This document shows, piece after piece, positions 31,427 through 41,489 of a stretch of 64,000 nt of DNA; position 1 is the stretch's first letter; every line of letters starts with the position of its first letter. The stretch is taken from IMG/VR virus record IMGVR_UViG_3300043436_003324; one strand, given 5' to 3'. Source of the DNA: a virus. The translations under genes and the position numbers were made by a program. The notes beneath the pieces were generated by a model, which made no database searches, was not told the origin of the DNA, and saw nothing but the letters and a program-made list of their open reading frames with translations.

Positions 31427-34400
31427 GTTGTGGGTCAATAAATATATATAATTATAGTGTAAGTGGAGACTGCACAAACTCAGGATTTGGAGGGGTTTCC
31501 TTTTCTATTACAGGAGGATCCCCAAACTACACTGTAAGTGAGATATCAACATCAGGTTTATTACCGCTATCATCAAATACAACAACTTATTTTGTTACAG
31601 GTCTAACTCCTGATACTTATATTTTAGAGATTATAGATAGTTGTTTAGAACCACCTTTTATTCCTAGATATGTTGAATTTACAGTATCTTCAGGAACTTG
31701 TGTGTCTATAGAAAGTAGTGGGACTACTTGTGGATTAAATAATGGTACGATTACTGCATCAACAACAAATTATTATGGTGTTGGTTCGTTTTATTTATAC
31801 GAAAACACTTTAGGGTATATAACAAGTGGTGACAGTACAAGTAATGTTTTTACAAATCTTTCACCAGGACTATATTATGTGATCGGTGATGATGGTGGGG
31901 GATGTACAGGAAGAAGTGAAGTTTGTTTAATTAAAGAAACAAGTCCTTTGGACTTTGGTCTATATGTTGTAAATGATGCAAGTTGTGTACCTATTGATGG
32001 TACAGGAAAAATATTTGTAACAGGTTTAACAGGAAATCCGCCTTATACGTATAGTTGGAGTCCTAACGTTGGAACGCAAACAGGTCCTGAAGTTACAGGA
32101 CTAACTTTGGGGACCTACACACTTACAATAACCGACTTTGAAGGATGTACACTAACTAAAAGTGTAGTACTATCTGAGGTTCCTGATTTGGGGGTGGCGG
32201 CAATGTTGACAACAATACAACCCTCTTGTTTTTCAAATGACGGAGAGGTTGTGGTTATTGTTTCAGGAGGAACCGCACCTTATTATTTTTCAGGATCAAA
32301 CGGTGAAATAATAATACAGTATAGTAATATCTATACTTTTACAGGTTTATCTTCGGGAGTATTTACAGTGTCAGTAACAGATGCAGGACTTTGTAATGTG
32401 ATAAGTTCCGTTTCGTTATTAACACCAAATGGTTTTATTGTTACGACAATGTCAGTAACAAACTCTAATTGTAATTCAAGTGATGGGTCTGTTCACATAG
32501 AATTAAATAATGGACTATCTCCTGGAAACTACCAATACACTTTATATGACTTCAACGGAAATTCTACCGTAATTACCACAAATTCAATTTGTGATTTTGT
32601 TGGTTTAGAAAGTGGAAGTTACACAATATTAATACAAGATGTCCCTAATAATTCGGGATGTATATATACTGGACATTTTACTGTTGTAAATGTAAATAAA
32701 TATGAAATATCAGTAAGTTATTCAGATACAACATGTGGTTTAAATAATGGTACCGCAATAATAACCGCTACTTCAGGAGGAACATTACCGTTATCATATA
32801 ATTTATCAGGAGGAACACCCGTTACAACAACAACCCAATTAACAAATGTATTTAACAATTTAAGTTCTGGGTTTTATGTTGCAACAGTAACAGATTCGGG
32901 ATCACCTACCTGTACACAAACTGAAAATTTCTATATTGCAGATTCCCAACCTGTTGATTTTACTTTAGTTGGGGTACAACCAACTATCGGTAATGACGGT
33001 GAAATTTATTTAAATATAACAAGTGGAGTACCACCTTTCACAATTGTTTGGAGTTCAAATGTTGGGGCTCAAACAGGACTACATTTAACGGGGTTATCAA
33101 ATGGAAATTACTCTGTATTAGTAACAGATAGTGAAGGTTGTTTAAAAAGTGATATAATAATATTAAACGGTACTGAATTAACAACTAGTTATGCTTCATA
33201 TACAGTGTGTTCTGATGATTTTGTTAATACCGGAATATATGGTAAGAGAGGAATCTTACAAATGATGAATGAAGGGTTTTTTGATTTAACTTCAGGTGAT
33301 ATTGGTTGTTATATTGTAAATGCGACATTCAGAACTCAAGTAGAAATCGATGGGGTTATAAAAGAAGATTTATTTTATACATATACAGGTGGTAGTTTTG
33401 CTCAATATGCGGACACAATATGGATACAAAGTCTTAAAGACACAATACAAGAATATCCTGAAATTGGTGATGTTATAATTGATCTTGGAAAAAATAAGAT
33501 AACAATCACAAATAACTGTAATGAGAAAATTAAGGATTGTCAGTTAACAAATTTTAATGATTTAGGGGATACAAACGTTAAAATCAATTTACTAATTGAA
33601 TATTTAATTTCTTGTAAAGATTGTGGTAAGGCCCCCGAATGTTTAGGGTTTAACGCGACAATGGTTTTAAATAATAATTGTGAAACATTTAATGCTAATA
33701 TGTCATTAGTTGGACCAACTCCTACCATCACCCCTACACCGACTGTAACACCCACACCAACCGTTACACCCACACCAACACTAACCCCAACCGCAACTCC
33801 TGCGACAATTATGTGTTTTACCGTAAATACTAACTTACTGGTATTACCTTCTTGGGATTGTAGTTTAAATCCTGCCGGTATAATAAACGGTAAACCATTC
33901 TATATAATTTATCTATCAGACTGTACAACAAGTTGTAACAGTGTTGTATATTGGAATAATATAACAAACAGATGGGAACATATTAACCTTTCGTCACCAA
34001 CAATAATTTTACAACATAATGATAATCCATCATATTTTCCAGAAAGTAATGTAACGTATCCATGGGTTACTGATCTTATGATTGCATTTGGATGTGTAAT
34101 AGAAGACTCAATCTTGGGTAACTGTTTAAATCCAACTCCAACACCAACGGTAACACCAACACCAACCCCCACACCAACTATACCGGATACTGGTTGTACA
34201 TGTTATATTTTAGAAGCGACTGCAGATTTAGCAATTTTTGAGTATACAAGTTGTGATTCTTTTTCATCAGATACTATAACAGTTTTTGTTGGAACGGGAT
34301 CCACTTGTTCATTAACCACACCTATTTTACTAAGTGGTATGGGTTCAGTAGTAGGTTCATCTGGGTCATGTATAAGTTATCTGTGGGAAATTACGTTTAG

Positions 34401-34551
34401 TGGCGGAGGTTCATACACCACATATAGTTGTGGTTCATCAAATGAAACTACATTTTTAAGTGGAGGAACGTTCACTGATTGTTCAACAATAACACCGACA
34501 AGTTCATCACCTAATTTTGTGTCGGCAGTAAACCTTGGAATTTGTCCTTAA
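31423..34551 (+). CDS. SprB-repeat, Cys-rich fibre/decoration protein with two Pro-Thr linkers
   Basis: About 7 repeats of G-x-I...GGT(A/P)PY...GL..G.Y...VTD..GC; PT tracts at 33715-33807 and 34132-34185. Confidence 0.75.
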   Translation: MSCGSINIYNYSVSGDCTNSGFGGVSFSITGGSPNYTVSEISTSGLLPLSSNTTTYFVTGLTPDTYILEIIDSCLEPPFIPRYVEFTVSSGTCVSIESSGTTCGLNNGTITASTTNYYGVGSFYLYENTLGYITSGDSTSNVFTNLSPGLYYVIGDDGGGCTGRSEVCLIKETSPLDFGLYVVNDASCVPIDGTGKIFVTGLTGNPPYTYSWSPNVGTQTGPEVTGLTLGTYTLTITDFEGCTLTKSVVLSEVPDLGVAAMLTTIQPSCFSNDGEVVVIVSGGTAPYYFSGSNGEIIIQYSNIYTFTGLSSGVFTVSVTDAGLCNVISSVSLLTPNGFIVTTMSVTNSNCNSSDGSVHIELNNGLSPGNYQYTLYDFNGNSTVITTNSICDFVGLESGSYTILIQDVPNNSGCIYTGHFTVVNVNKYEISVSYSDTTCGLNNGTAIITATSGGTLPLSYNLSGGTPVTTTTQLTNVFNNLSSGFYVATVTDSGSPTCTQTENFYIADSQPVDFTLVGVQPTIGNDGEIYLNITSGVPPFTIVWSSNVGAQTGLHLTGLSNGNYSVLVTDSEGCLKSDIIILNGTELTTSYASYTVCSDDFVNTGIYGKRGILQMMNEGFFDLTSGDIGCYIVNATFRTQVEIDGVIKEDLFYTYTGGSFAQYADTIWIQSLKDTIQEYPEIGDVIIDLGKNKITITNNCNEKIKDCQLTNFNDLGDTNVKINLLIEYLISCKDCGKAPECLGFNATMVLNNNCETFNANMSLVGPTPTITPTPTVTPTPTVTPTPTLTPTATPATIMCFTVNTNLLVLPSWDCSLNPAGIINGKPFYIIYLSDCTTSCNSVVYWNNITNRWEHINLSSPTIILQHNDNPSYFPESNVTYPWVTDLMIAFGCVIEDSILGNCLNPTPTPTVTPTPTPTPTIPDTGCTCYILEATADLAIFEYTSCDSFSSDTITVFVGTGSTCSLTTPILLSGMGSVVGSSGSCISYLWEITFSGGGSYTTYSCGSSNETTFLSGGTFTDCSTITPTSSSPNFVSAVNLGICP

Positions 34552-34584
34552 AAAATAAAAAATAAAAAATAATATATATGAAAT

Positions 34585-36795
34585 ATGGCATTACAAGTTA
34601 ACATAACAAATATAAACTCAGTCACATATCCTGTTGATGTATATGTTTGTATAGATTGTCCTGATATTAATTGTACTTTAGTTGATACAATTAATTCTGT
34701 ACCCACAACAATAACAATTCCAGGACCATACAGTGGTTATTCCTCATTTGGTGTTAAAATTATAGACGAGGCAAATTGTGAATATTGTCAAACGTTCCAA
34801 GGAACTACCACAACATCAACATCGACAACATCAACAACAACCATTAATCCATTATGTGTTAGTTGTGATATCGGATTTGATTTTTATGACACAAACCCAA
34901 TTGCCGAAATTTCGGTAGGTTTAATAACCGCAAGTTGTGATCCTAGTGTGACTGACTATGTTATAGATTGGTATGGGCCTGGAATTGGTAGTACGACAGT
35001 TGCTTTCACTTCAGGTTACGGAACCGATTATACGGGTGATTATCTTTATGTTCATCCATTAACAGGTTCTTCGGCGGTTCCTGTGGTGGCGGGGGTTTAT
35101 ACCCCAATAATACAAAAAATTAAAATAAATGGGACCGAATATACTGATCTTAATTGTTTTAATTCTTCCACTGTTGACGTTGATGCCCTAACTTGTGATA
35201 ATGGACCAGGTTCAACAAGCCCATATTATAGTCATGGAATTAGTTTTACCGCAACAACAAGCATAACCCCACAACCAGTTACAACAACTTTTGTTTTAGA
35301 TCCGTTAAAACCTTATTTTGCGTATTCTTTTAAAGGAGAGCAAATATACGATGATCTAAAAATAACATTTTTTGGTGGTAATTATTCAGATCCTATAGTT
35401 TTAGAATACATAAGTATGGGACAAAATGTTCCTTTCACAAATTTTAGTTTAAGTTTAAATCCTAAAAATGTAAGGTCGGGAACTCAAAATGTGACTTTCC
35501 CAAAAGTATTATGTTTAACGGCTTTAACAGTTAATGTTGGGGATTATCTGGAAATAGAAGTAACACCAAACCCAATTAATAATAATACTAAATGGGAATT
35601 ACTATGTGAATGTTTAGAAACGTTTGATTGTGAGTTATGTTACGATACTAATTATACAATACCTTATAAAATAATAGAATCTACAATTAATAAAACATCT
35701 GTAGGGTGTGATGGTTATAAATATCCTTTTAAATTATCGGCATGTTCTGATAGTAATATTTATAGATATTTAAATCCGGGTGGACCATATAATTCTATAG
35801 GTGAGATAAATTATAATGGTAGCATAAACGGTTTTATATATGACCCAACAAATGAAATAGATTACAATCTCGCTAAAGTACAAGCAATATACTATAACCC
35901 AGTAACAGAATGCGGAATAGGTGGGTTCCTCCCTTATAGTAAAATATGTGATACCCCCTCTATTTCTACAATTACATATAATAAATCAGTTATTTTTGGG
36001 GAAGGGTTAATTACAATGACCTTTGACACGTATTCAGATTTAGATGATTATTATACTAATTGGGATTTCTTTTATACTAATTATGCCGGAAACCCCTTAA
36101 ATCCGTTGGATATTGACTATTATAGATGGTTTGTATTAACAATACCTTTGGCTAGTGGGGCACAACAATGTGGTGATTTAACAGGTTATCAAACTTACAT
36201 TATACACCCATCTTCGGTTGTCACTACAGGTGGTACAGGTCCTTGGACTATGACGGTTACTATGCCAACAATATCAAACGCATTAACATGGGGTAGTTGT
36301 GATATTGGGTGTACTGGTAATACAATGACTATTGTTGATACTATTAATCAGGCATCAACAGGAATAACAAATAACATATCCATAATCTCAAACACAGGAT
36401 CTAAATTAGAATATCCATTTAATTCATATTATACATTACAGGATAATACATTTGTTAAAACAGGAGCCACAAAATATGCTGAATTTATTATACCTGAATA
36501 CGTAAACACAACAATACCATACTCAGGATCTCCATTAACATTAATACCAAGTTTAAGTGCTCAAACATGTGATTTATCATCTTGGAACTATAATAATCCT
36601 AACCCTACTCGTAACTACGGTAATTTCTCAAGGGGGGTTTATTATTATGATTTTAGGATTGTAAGTCTAAGTGGTGATTTTGAAATATGGACATTTGATA
36701 TTGCAAATAACCCAACCATAACACCTCCGTTTTTTAAAATTTATGAAAACATTGGAGGAGTCCCTAACGTAATAGACCCAAGTTACTTTATATAA
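34585..36795 (+). CDS. Cys-rich putative fibre/decoration protein with Thr/Ser linker
   Basis: N-terminal ~70-aa module shared with 36795 and 46533 ORFs; TTTTSTSTTSTTT at 34804-34842. Confidence 0.75.
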   Translation: MALQVNITNINSVTYPVDVYVCIDCPDINCTLVDTINSVPTTITIPGPYSGYSSFGVKIIDEANCEYCQTFQGTTTTSTSTTSTTTINPLCVSCDIGFDFYDTNPIAEISVGLITASCDPSVTDYVIDWYGPGIGSTTVAFTSGYGTDYTGDYLYVHPLTGSSAVPVVAGVYTPIIQKIKINGTEYTDLNCFNSSTVDVDALTCDNGPGSTSPYYSHGISFTATTSITPQPVTTTFVLDPLKPYFAYSFKGEQIYDDLKITFFGGNYSDPIVLEYISMGQNVPFTNFSLSLNPKNVRSGTQNVTFPKVLCLTALTVNVGDYLEIEVTPNPINNNTKWELLCECLETFDCELCYDTNYTIPYKIIESTINKTSVGCDGYKYPFKLSACSDSNIYRYLNPGGPYNSIGEINYNGSINGFIYDPTNEIDYNLAKVQAIYYNPVTECGIGGFLPYSKICDTPSISTITYNKSVIFGEGLITMTFDTYSDLDDYYTNWDFFYTNYAGNPLNPLDIDYYRWFVLTIPLASGAQQCGDLTGYQTYIIHPSSVVTTGGTGPWTMTVTMPTISNALTWGSCDIGCTGNTMTIVDTINQASTGITNNISIISNTGSKLEYPFNSYYTLQDNTFVKTGATKYAEFIIPEYVNTTIPYSGSPLTLIPSLSAQTCDLSSWNYNNPNPTRNYGNFSRGVYYYDFRIVSLSGDFEIWTFDIANNPTITPPFFKIYENIGGVPNVIDPSYFI

Positions 36796-37103
36796 TGGCA
36801 CAGATACAGATACAAACTACAAGTTTTATTTTTACATCATATAATGTGTTTGTTTGTGATGTGTATGGTAATCAATGTGTTTTGGTTGCAAATGTGTTAC
36901 CACCACAACCACCAACAATAGTAATAACGATACCATCACAATTTAATACCGCACCTGCGGTTGGTATAAAACTAATTGACTCGTTAGGTTGTGAAATATT
37001 TAAAATAGTTGATTGTACACAACAATACCTTACAATAAAACAATTCCAAGACGGAGACGACTTTTATTTTATGGATAATGAGGAATATGATTTCCAAACT
37101 TAA
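36795..37103 (+). CDS. Small virion-associated protein (three-Cys beta module family)
   Basis: YNVFVCDVYGNQC...GIKLIDSLGC, paralogous to 46533-46748 and the N-terminus of 34585. Confidence 0.75.
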   Translation: MAQIQIQTTSFIFTSYNVFVCDVYGNQCVLVANVLPPQPPTIVITIPSQFNTAPAVGIKLIDSLGCEIFKIVDCTQQYLTIKQFQDGDDFYFMDNEEYDFQT

Positions 37104-37105
37104 AA

Positions 37106-37112
37106 TATTTAT
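37106..37112 (+). promoter_or_regulatory. Putative late promoter TATTTAT
   Basis: 14 nt before ATG 37127. Confidence 0.5.
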
Positions 37113-37126
37113 TAAAAAAAACTTAA

Positions 37127-38362
37127 ATGGCATTTTTAACAGACAGATCTTTATCAACAGGAGTAACATTAAATGATTTAATTCATATTGTTATACCAAG
37201 TGACATATCACAAGGAAACCCAGCGGGGTCTTCTTATAAAGCGACAGTTGGTCAAGTGGGGAATATCTTCTCAAGTTTGTTTGTTAATCAAAGTGGAGAC
37301 ACTATGACGGGTCCTTTGGTTGTTCCTTCGGTTTCGGCAACAACTTATTATAATTTACCACAAGACATCTATGTTACAGGAATGACATTTAATAATTCTA
37401 ACTATGACTTAACAATTTTCCGTAATGATGGTGTTTCATTTACTGATGATTTATCAATATTAGCGTCGGAAGTTACAATAACAGGAGGAACTTATAATCC
37501 AACTACAGGGGTTGTTGTTTTTACAAATAATACTGGAGGAACTTTTGATGTGTCGGGGTTTACAACGGGTTATACTGATGTTAAAGTAACCGCCTATACA
37601 TACAATTCAAATACTTTTACAATATACGAAACAGATGGTAGCACGCACGATGCAACAATAAATAGTGTGACTGGATGGACTGTTAATGGTGATTTAAATG
37701 TAACAGGAAATACTTCCTTACAATCAACAACCGCATCCACATTAAATATATCATCAACACCAACAACAGATACAGGAACAACCGCAAATTATTTAACAAG
37801 AGATGGATCAACAGGTGAGATTAAAGTTAAAACAATACCTGGACCAACAGTTTATGGGTTATTTAGTCAAACAGGAACCAGCGTTGCAGTAAGTGCAACA
37901 ACTGTTGAGACTACATTAATAAGTGGGGGAGTAGGATCTATTATAATTCCTGCAAATGGGTTTAGTGTGGGTGATAGCTTTCATGGAGTGTTAATAGGAC
38001 ATCTATCTTGTGTGGGTTCTGCCACTTTACATATTAGAATTAAAACTGTTTCAGGTATATTGTTAGCAGAAACAGGGGTAATGGCAATGAATGCCACCAC
38101 TAATAAACATTGGAAACTAGACGTTAATTTTACTATAAGACAAGTAGGATTATCAACAGTTGCTTCTATAGCATCAGGGGGATTGTTTTCATACACTAAA
38201 AATGGAGGACTTAACTTTGAAGGAGTAAATTTCAGTATTGTAAACAACACAACTTTTGATACTACAATATCTAATACACTTCTTGTCACTGCTGAATGGA
38301 ATACTAATAACGCAGGAAACTCAATATATTCAGAGATATTCACGTTAAACAAAATTTATTAA
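37127..38362 (+). CDS. Tail fibre-like protein
   Basis: Gly/Thr/Ser-rich; repeated VTGMTFN / ITGGTYN / VTAYTYN units; LNVTGNTSL beta-helix-like stretch. Confidence 0.6.
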   Translation: MAFLTDRSLSTGVTLNDLIHIVIPSDISQGNPAGSSYKATVGQVGNIFSSLFVNQSGDTMTGPLVVPSVSATTYYNLPQDIYVTGMTFNNSNYDLTIFRNDGVSFTDDLSILASEVTITGGTYNPTTGVVVFTNNTGGTFDVSGFTTGYTDVKVTAYTYNSNTFTIYETDGSTHDATINSVTGWTVNGDLNVTGNTSLQSTTASTLNISSTPTTDTGTTANYLTRDGSTGEIKVKTIPGPTVYGLFSQTGTSVAVSATTVETTLISGGVGSIIIPANGFSVGDSFHGVLIGHLSCVGSATLHIRIKTVSGILLAETGVMAMNATTNKHWKLDVNFTIRQVGLSTVASIASGGLFSYTKNGGLNFEGVNFSIVNNTTFDTTISNTLLVTAEWNTNNAGNSIYSEIFTLNKIY

Positions 38363-38363
38363 A

Positions 38364-38393
38364 TTCACTTTTTTACTTTTACGAATATATTTT
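38364..38393 (+). promoter_or_regulatory. Putative early/middle promoter TTC-N19-TATATTTT
   Basis: TATATTTT 38386-38393 ends 4 nt before ATG 38398. Confidence 0.45.
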
Positions 38394-38397
38394 CAAT

Positions 38398-39375
38398 ATG
38401 AAAGATATTGTATTTGTAACCGCACAACCCGATGTTCCATATTTTCATTGGCAAATTAAACTTTATGTTCACAATTTTATAGAAAAAGGAATTGACCCAA
38501 ACCAAATTCACGTAATTTTTGCCATGGTACACGGAGCTAAAACCCCGACTGAAGATGCCTTAAAATTAAAAGATTTTGGAATAAACATTCATTTTTATGA
38601 AGATAATAGAGACGTAAAAACTTATATACCAAGCGTTAAACCTTACCTAATCTCTAAATGGTTAGAGGAATATCCTGAATTTGGTGAGTTATTTTTTCTA
38701 CACGATGCCGATATTATATTTAATTATTTACCTAATTTTAATCTATTATTGGATGATGATATGACATATCTTTCAGACACAATTGGTTATATAGGTTACA
38801 ATTATATTATGGATTGTTGTAATAGATATGAAAAAAACCACCCAACATCTGAAAAAAGCCAATTATTACAAGAAATGGTTGATGTTATTGGAGTTAGTGT
38901 TGATTGTGTTAAATGTAATCAAGAAAATTCGGGTGGGGGTCAATACCTAATCAAAAATACAGATCATAATCTGTGGAAAAAAATATATGACGATTGTACT
39001 CCTTTGTATAACCAAATGTTAGATTATCAAAAAAGATTCCCAATAAATCCAGGAGAGATCCAATTTTGGACTGCAGAAATGTGGTCATTACTTTGGAATC
39101 TTTGGTTAAATGGTAATGAAACAAAAATAACAAAAGAGTTGGATTTTTCTTGGGCAACAGACCCAATACAAGTGTACGAAAAAAAACCAATACTACACAT
39201 GGCCGGAGTAACTGACAATCTTAAAAGAATTAAGTTTTACAAGGGCGAGTATATAAATGTAGACCCAATTGAAAAATTAAGGAATAACCCTAATCATTTT
39301 GATTATGTTGAAGTTAATAATTCAACGATCAAATATATAGAAGTTATGAAATCTTTCATTGAAAACGACAAATAA
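38398..39375 (+). CDS. Putative GT-A glycosyltransferase resembling plant SERGT1/HPAT protein O-glycosyltransferases
   Basis: YFHWQ (38440-38454), YIPSVKP..ISKWL, DxD motif LHDADII (DAD 38704-38712), GYI, SGGG, WTAEMW (39067-39084), ILH; no signal peptide or TM. Confidence 0.7.
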   Translation: MKDIVFVTAQPDVPYFHWQIKLYVHNFIEKGIDPNQIHVIFAMVHGAKTPTEDALKLKDFGINIHFYEDNRDVKTYIPSVKPYLISKWLEEYPEFGELFFLHDADIIFNYLPNFNLLLDDDMTYLSDTIGYIGYNYIMDCCNRYEKNHPTSEKSQLLQEMVDVIGVSVDCVKCNQENSGGGQYLIKNTDHNLWKKIYDDCTPLYNQMLDYQKRFPINPGEIQFWTAEMWSLLWNLWLNGNETKITKELDFSWATDPIQVYEKKPILHMAGVTDNLKRIKFYKGEYINVDPIEKLRNNPNHFDYVEVNNSTIKYIEVMKSFIENDK

Positions 39376-39378
39376 TTG

Positions 39379-39385
39379 TATTTAT
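39379..39385 (+). promoter_or_regulatory. Putative late promoter TATTTAT
   Basis: TATTTATA 14 nt before GTG 39400. Confidence 0.5.
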
Positions 39386-39399
39386 AAATAAAAAAGAAA

Positions 39400-40455
39400 G
39401 TGGCATCACCTGATAGACCAAAACCAAGTATTGAACCAAGAAATGAATGTGACGTTCTCACAATATTTCCTATGGGGGCCAAATGCTTCAGTAAAGAACC
39501 AACAAATGTTACAACTTTTAATGGATCTATTGCGGTTGGAGTTACGGGAGGAACACCACCATATACAATTTCTTGGGAAAATGGAAATGTGGCTCCCGCA
39601 ATTACAAATTTAGGGGTTGGAGAATACCCTGTTACAATAACAGATTCTTATGGTGATTTTATTGTTAATACAACATGTATTTTAAGTGCTACGGCATTAC
39701 CAACGCCCACACCAACAGGAACACCAACACCTACACCGACACCTACCATTACGCCTACACCTACTTTAACACCAACGGCAACACCGATACCTAGTCTAAC
39801 ACCATCGGCAACTCCAGAACCAATCATTTGTTTTACAACTGAATATGAATTTTTGGGCCCAATATATACAACAATACCATCAACAGGACTTTATAATGGT
39901 AAGTACTATTATACTTTAGTTGGTGTTGGAGGAAATGCTTACGTTTGGTGGAACTCAACGTTAAATAGATGGGAAATGACTTTAGTTTTAGGTGGAGGGT
40001 TACTACTTGCGTATTTACCATCAACAAATAGTTTCCCTGTTGATAACACAGTTGATTGGGTTAGTGAAAGAGTTACATATATGTTAACATCATATGGTTT
40101 ATGTAGTTATCCGCCAACAGATATGTGTTTTACTGTGGTTAAAAATGGGACAACACCTATAATAATTACAAGTAATGCTTATGTTGCAGGAACGTATAAT
40201 AATAAGTTTTATTATGGGGTATATAATCCTTTAACCTCACCACCATCATTAATTGGATACGTATTTTGGGATGATGTTGATAATAGATGGGAGTTTTGGC
40301 AAATATTTAACCCAACGGCAGGACCTTCAGGGTCTTATTATTCATATTTGAGTAATTCTTCTGATTATCCGAATAGTACTATCACCGAAAATTGGATTAA
40401 TAATCCATCTGTAATATACGGAATAAACGAATCTACTTTAGGTCATTGCGTATAA
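39400..40455 (+). CDS. SprB-like repeat + Pro-Thr linker + two aromatic modules (putative virion decoration)
   Basis: GTG start; GVTGGTPPYTISW...LGVGEYPVTITDS; PT tract 39700-39822; two YN(G/N)K...W...NRWE modules. Confidence 0.75.
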   Translation: MASPDRPKPSIEPRNECDVLTIFPMGAKCFSKEPTNVTTFNGSIAVGVTGGTPPYTISWENGNVAPAITNLGVGEYPVTITDSYGDFIVNTTCILSATALPTPTPTGTPTPTPTPTITPTPTLTPTATPIPSLTPSATPEPIICFTTEYEFLGPIYTTIPSTGLYNGKYYYTLVGVGGNAYVWWNSTLNRWEMTLVLGGGLLLAYLPSTNSFPVDNTVDWVSERVTYMLTSYGLCSYPPTDMCFTVVKNGTTPIIITSNAYVAGTYNNKFYYGVYNPLTSPPSLIGYVFWDDVDNRWEFWQIFNPTAGPSGSYYSYLSNSSDYPNSTITENWINNPSVIYGINESTLGHCV

Positions 40456-40456
40456 T

Positions 40457-41461
40457 ATGAATAGTATGGAATTATGTCTTTTATCTGAAGTATTGGAGAA
40501 TAACGTTAGAAAAGTTGAGACTTACGCTTTTGAACCATCAAATGAAGTTAATGGAAAAAATAGTTGGGTTAATTCTAATGGATATACCATATTTTGGTAT
40601 ACGGGAGATACAAACCAATGGGTATTAAGTGGGGTTGAAAATACCTTTATTTTCACATATACCACAAATGATGTTCCATTATCTGGGTGGCAGATTTTGG
40701 GATCAAGACCACCTAAACAAATAAAAAATATTAGAATTACAACAGGAGATTGCGTTAATAATGTGATAGTTGATTATAGTGTTAACATAAAAAACAGTTC
40801 TTGTAAATGTGACGGATCTTTAATCATTGATACTTTTAGTGGGATAGGACCTTTTAAATATTTTTTAAATGATAAAAAACAACTTGGAAACATAATTGAA
40901 AATCTATGTGAAGGTAAATATGTTGTTAAAGTTGTTGATAGTAAAGAATCGGAAACAATTAAGGAAGTTATAATACCAAAAAATAAATCTACACAATATT
41001 TTGTTACATTAAATTATAATAAAACTAATGGAGAATTTAGTGTTGTTTGTAATCCTGAATTAACAAATAATATAAAATTAAAATTTGATCTTGTTTATCA
41101 AAATGTTTTAAATTATGGACCAGAAGTAAATTCTGTTATACAAAATTATACCGAACAAGTCTATATTAATAATAGAGATATAAGTGAATACACAAATTTT
41201 AGTGAAAACACCCAAGTTACTAACTTACAAAGACCATGTATTGGTAGTAATTATAGAATAATTAAAATAAAAGAATGGCAAAATTTAACCATTGAAAGTG
41301 GGGACACGTTAATAGGATATATTATGAGTAGTATTAGTCCAAATATTGACGTTAAAACTTTATGTTATAATGGTAGTCAAGATTTGACATTAACTTTAAA
41401 AAATTTACAAGTAATTAATTGCAATTGTTGTAATGTTACGAAGGTAGTTTTTAACAAATAA
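40457..41461 (+). CDS. Putative virion protein with aromatic module and SprB-like repeat
   Basis: VNGKNSW...IFWY...NQW; DGSLIIDTFSGIGPFKY...LCEGKYVVKVVDSK. Confidence 0.7.
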   Translation: MNSMELCLLSEVLENNVRKVETYAFEPSNEVNGKNSWVNSNGYTIFWYTGDTNQWVLSGVENTFIFTYTTNDVPLSGWQILGSRPPKQIKNIRITTGDCVNNVIVDYSVNIKNSSCKCDGSLIIDTFSGIGPFKYFLNDKKQLGNIIENLCEGKYVVKVVDSKESETIKEVIIPKNKSTQYFVTLNYNKTNGEFSVVCNPELTNNIKLKFDLVYQNVLNYGPEVNSVIQNYTEQVYINNRDISEYTNFSENTQVTNLQRPCIGSNYRIIKIKEWQNLTIESGDTLIGYIMSSISPNIDVKTLCYNGSQDLTLTLKNLQVINCNCCNVTKVVFNK

Positions 41462-41475
41462 AAAAAGTTATTTAA

Positions 41476-41482
41476 TATTTAT
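41476..41482 (+). promoter_or_regulatory. Putative late promoter TATTTAT
   Basis: TATTTATA 7 nt before ATG 41490. Confidence 0.5.
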
Positions 41483-41489
41483 AATTTAA

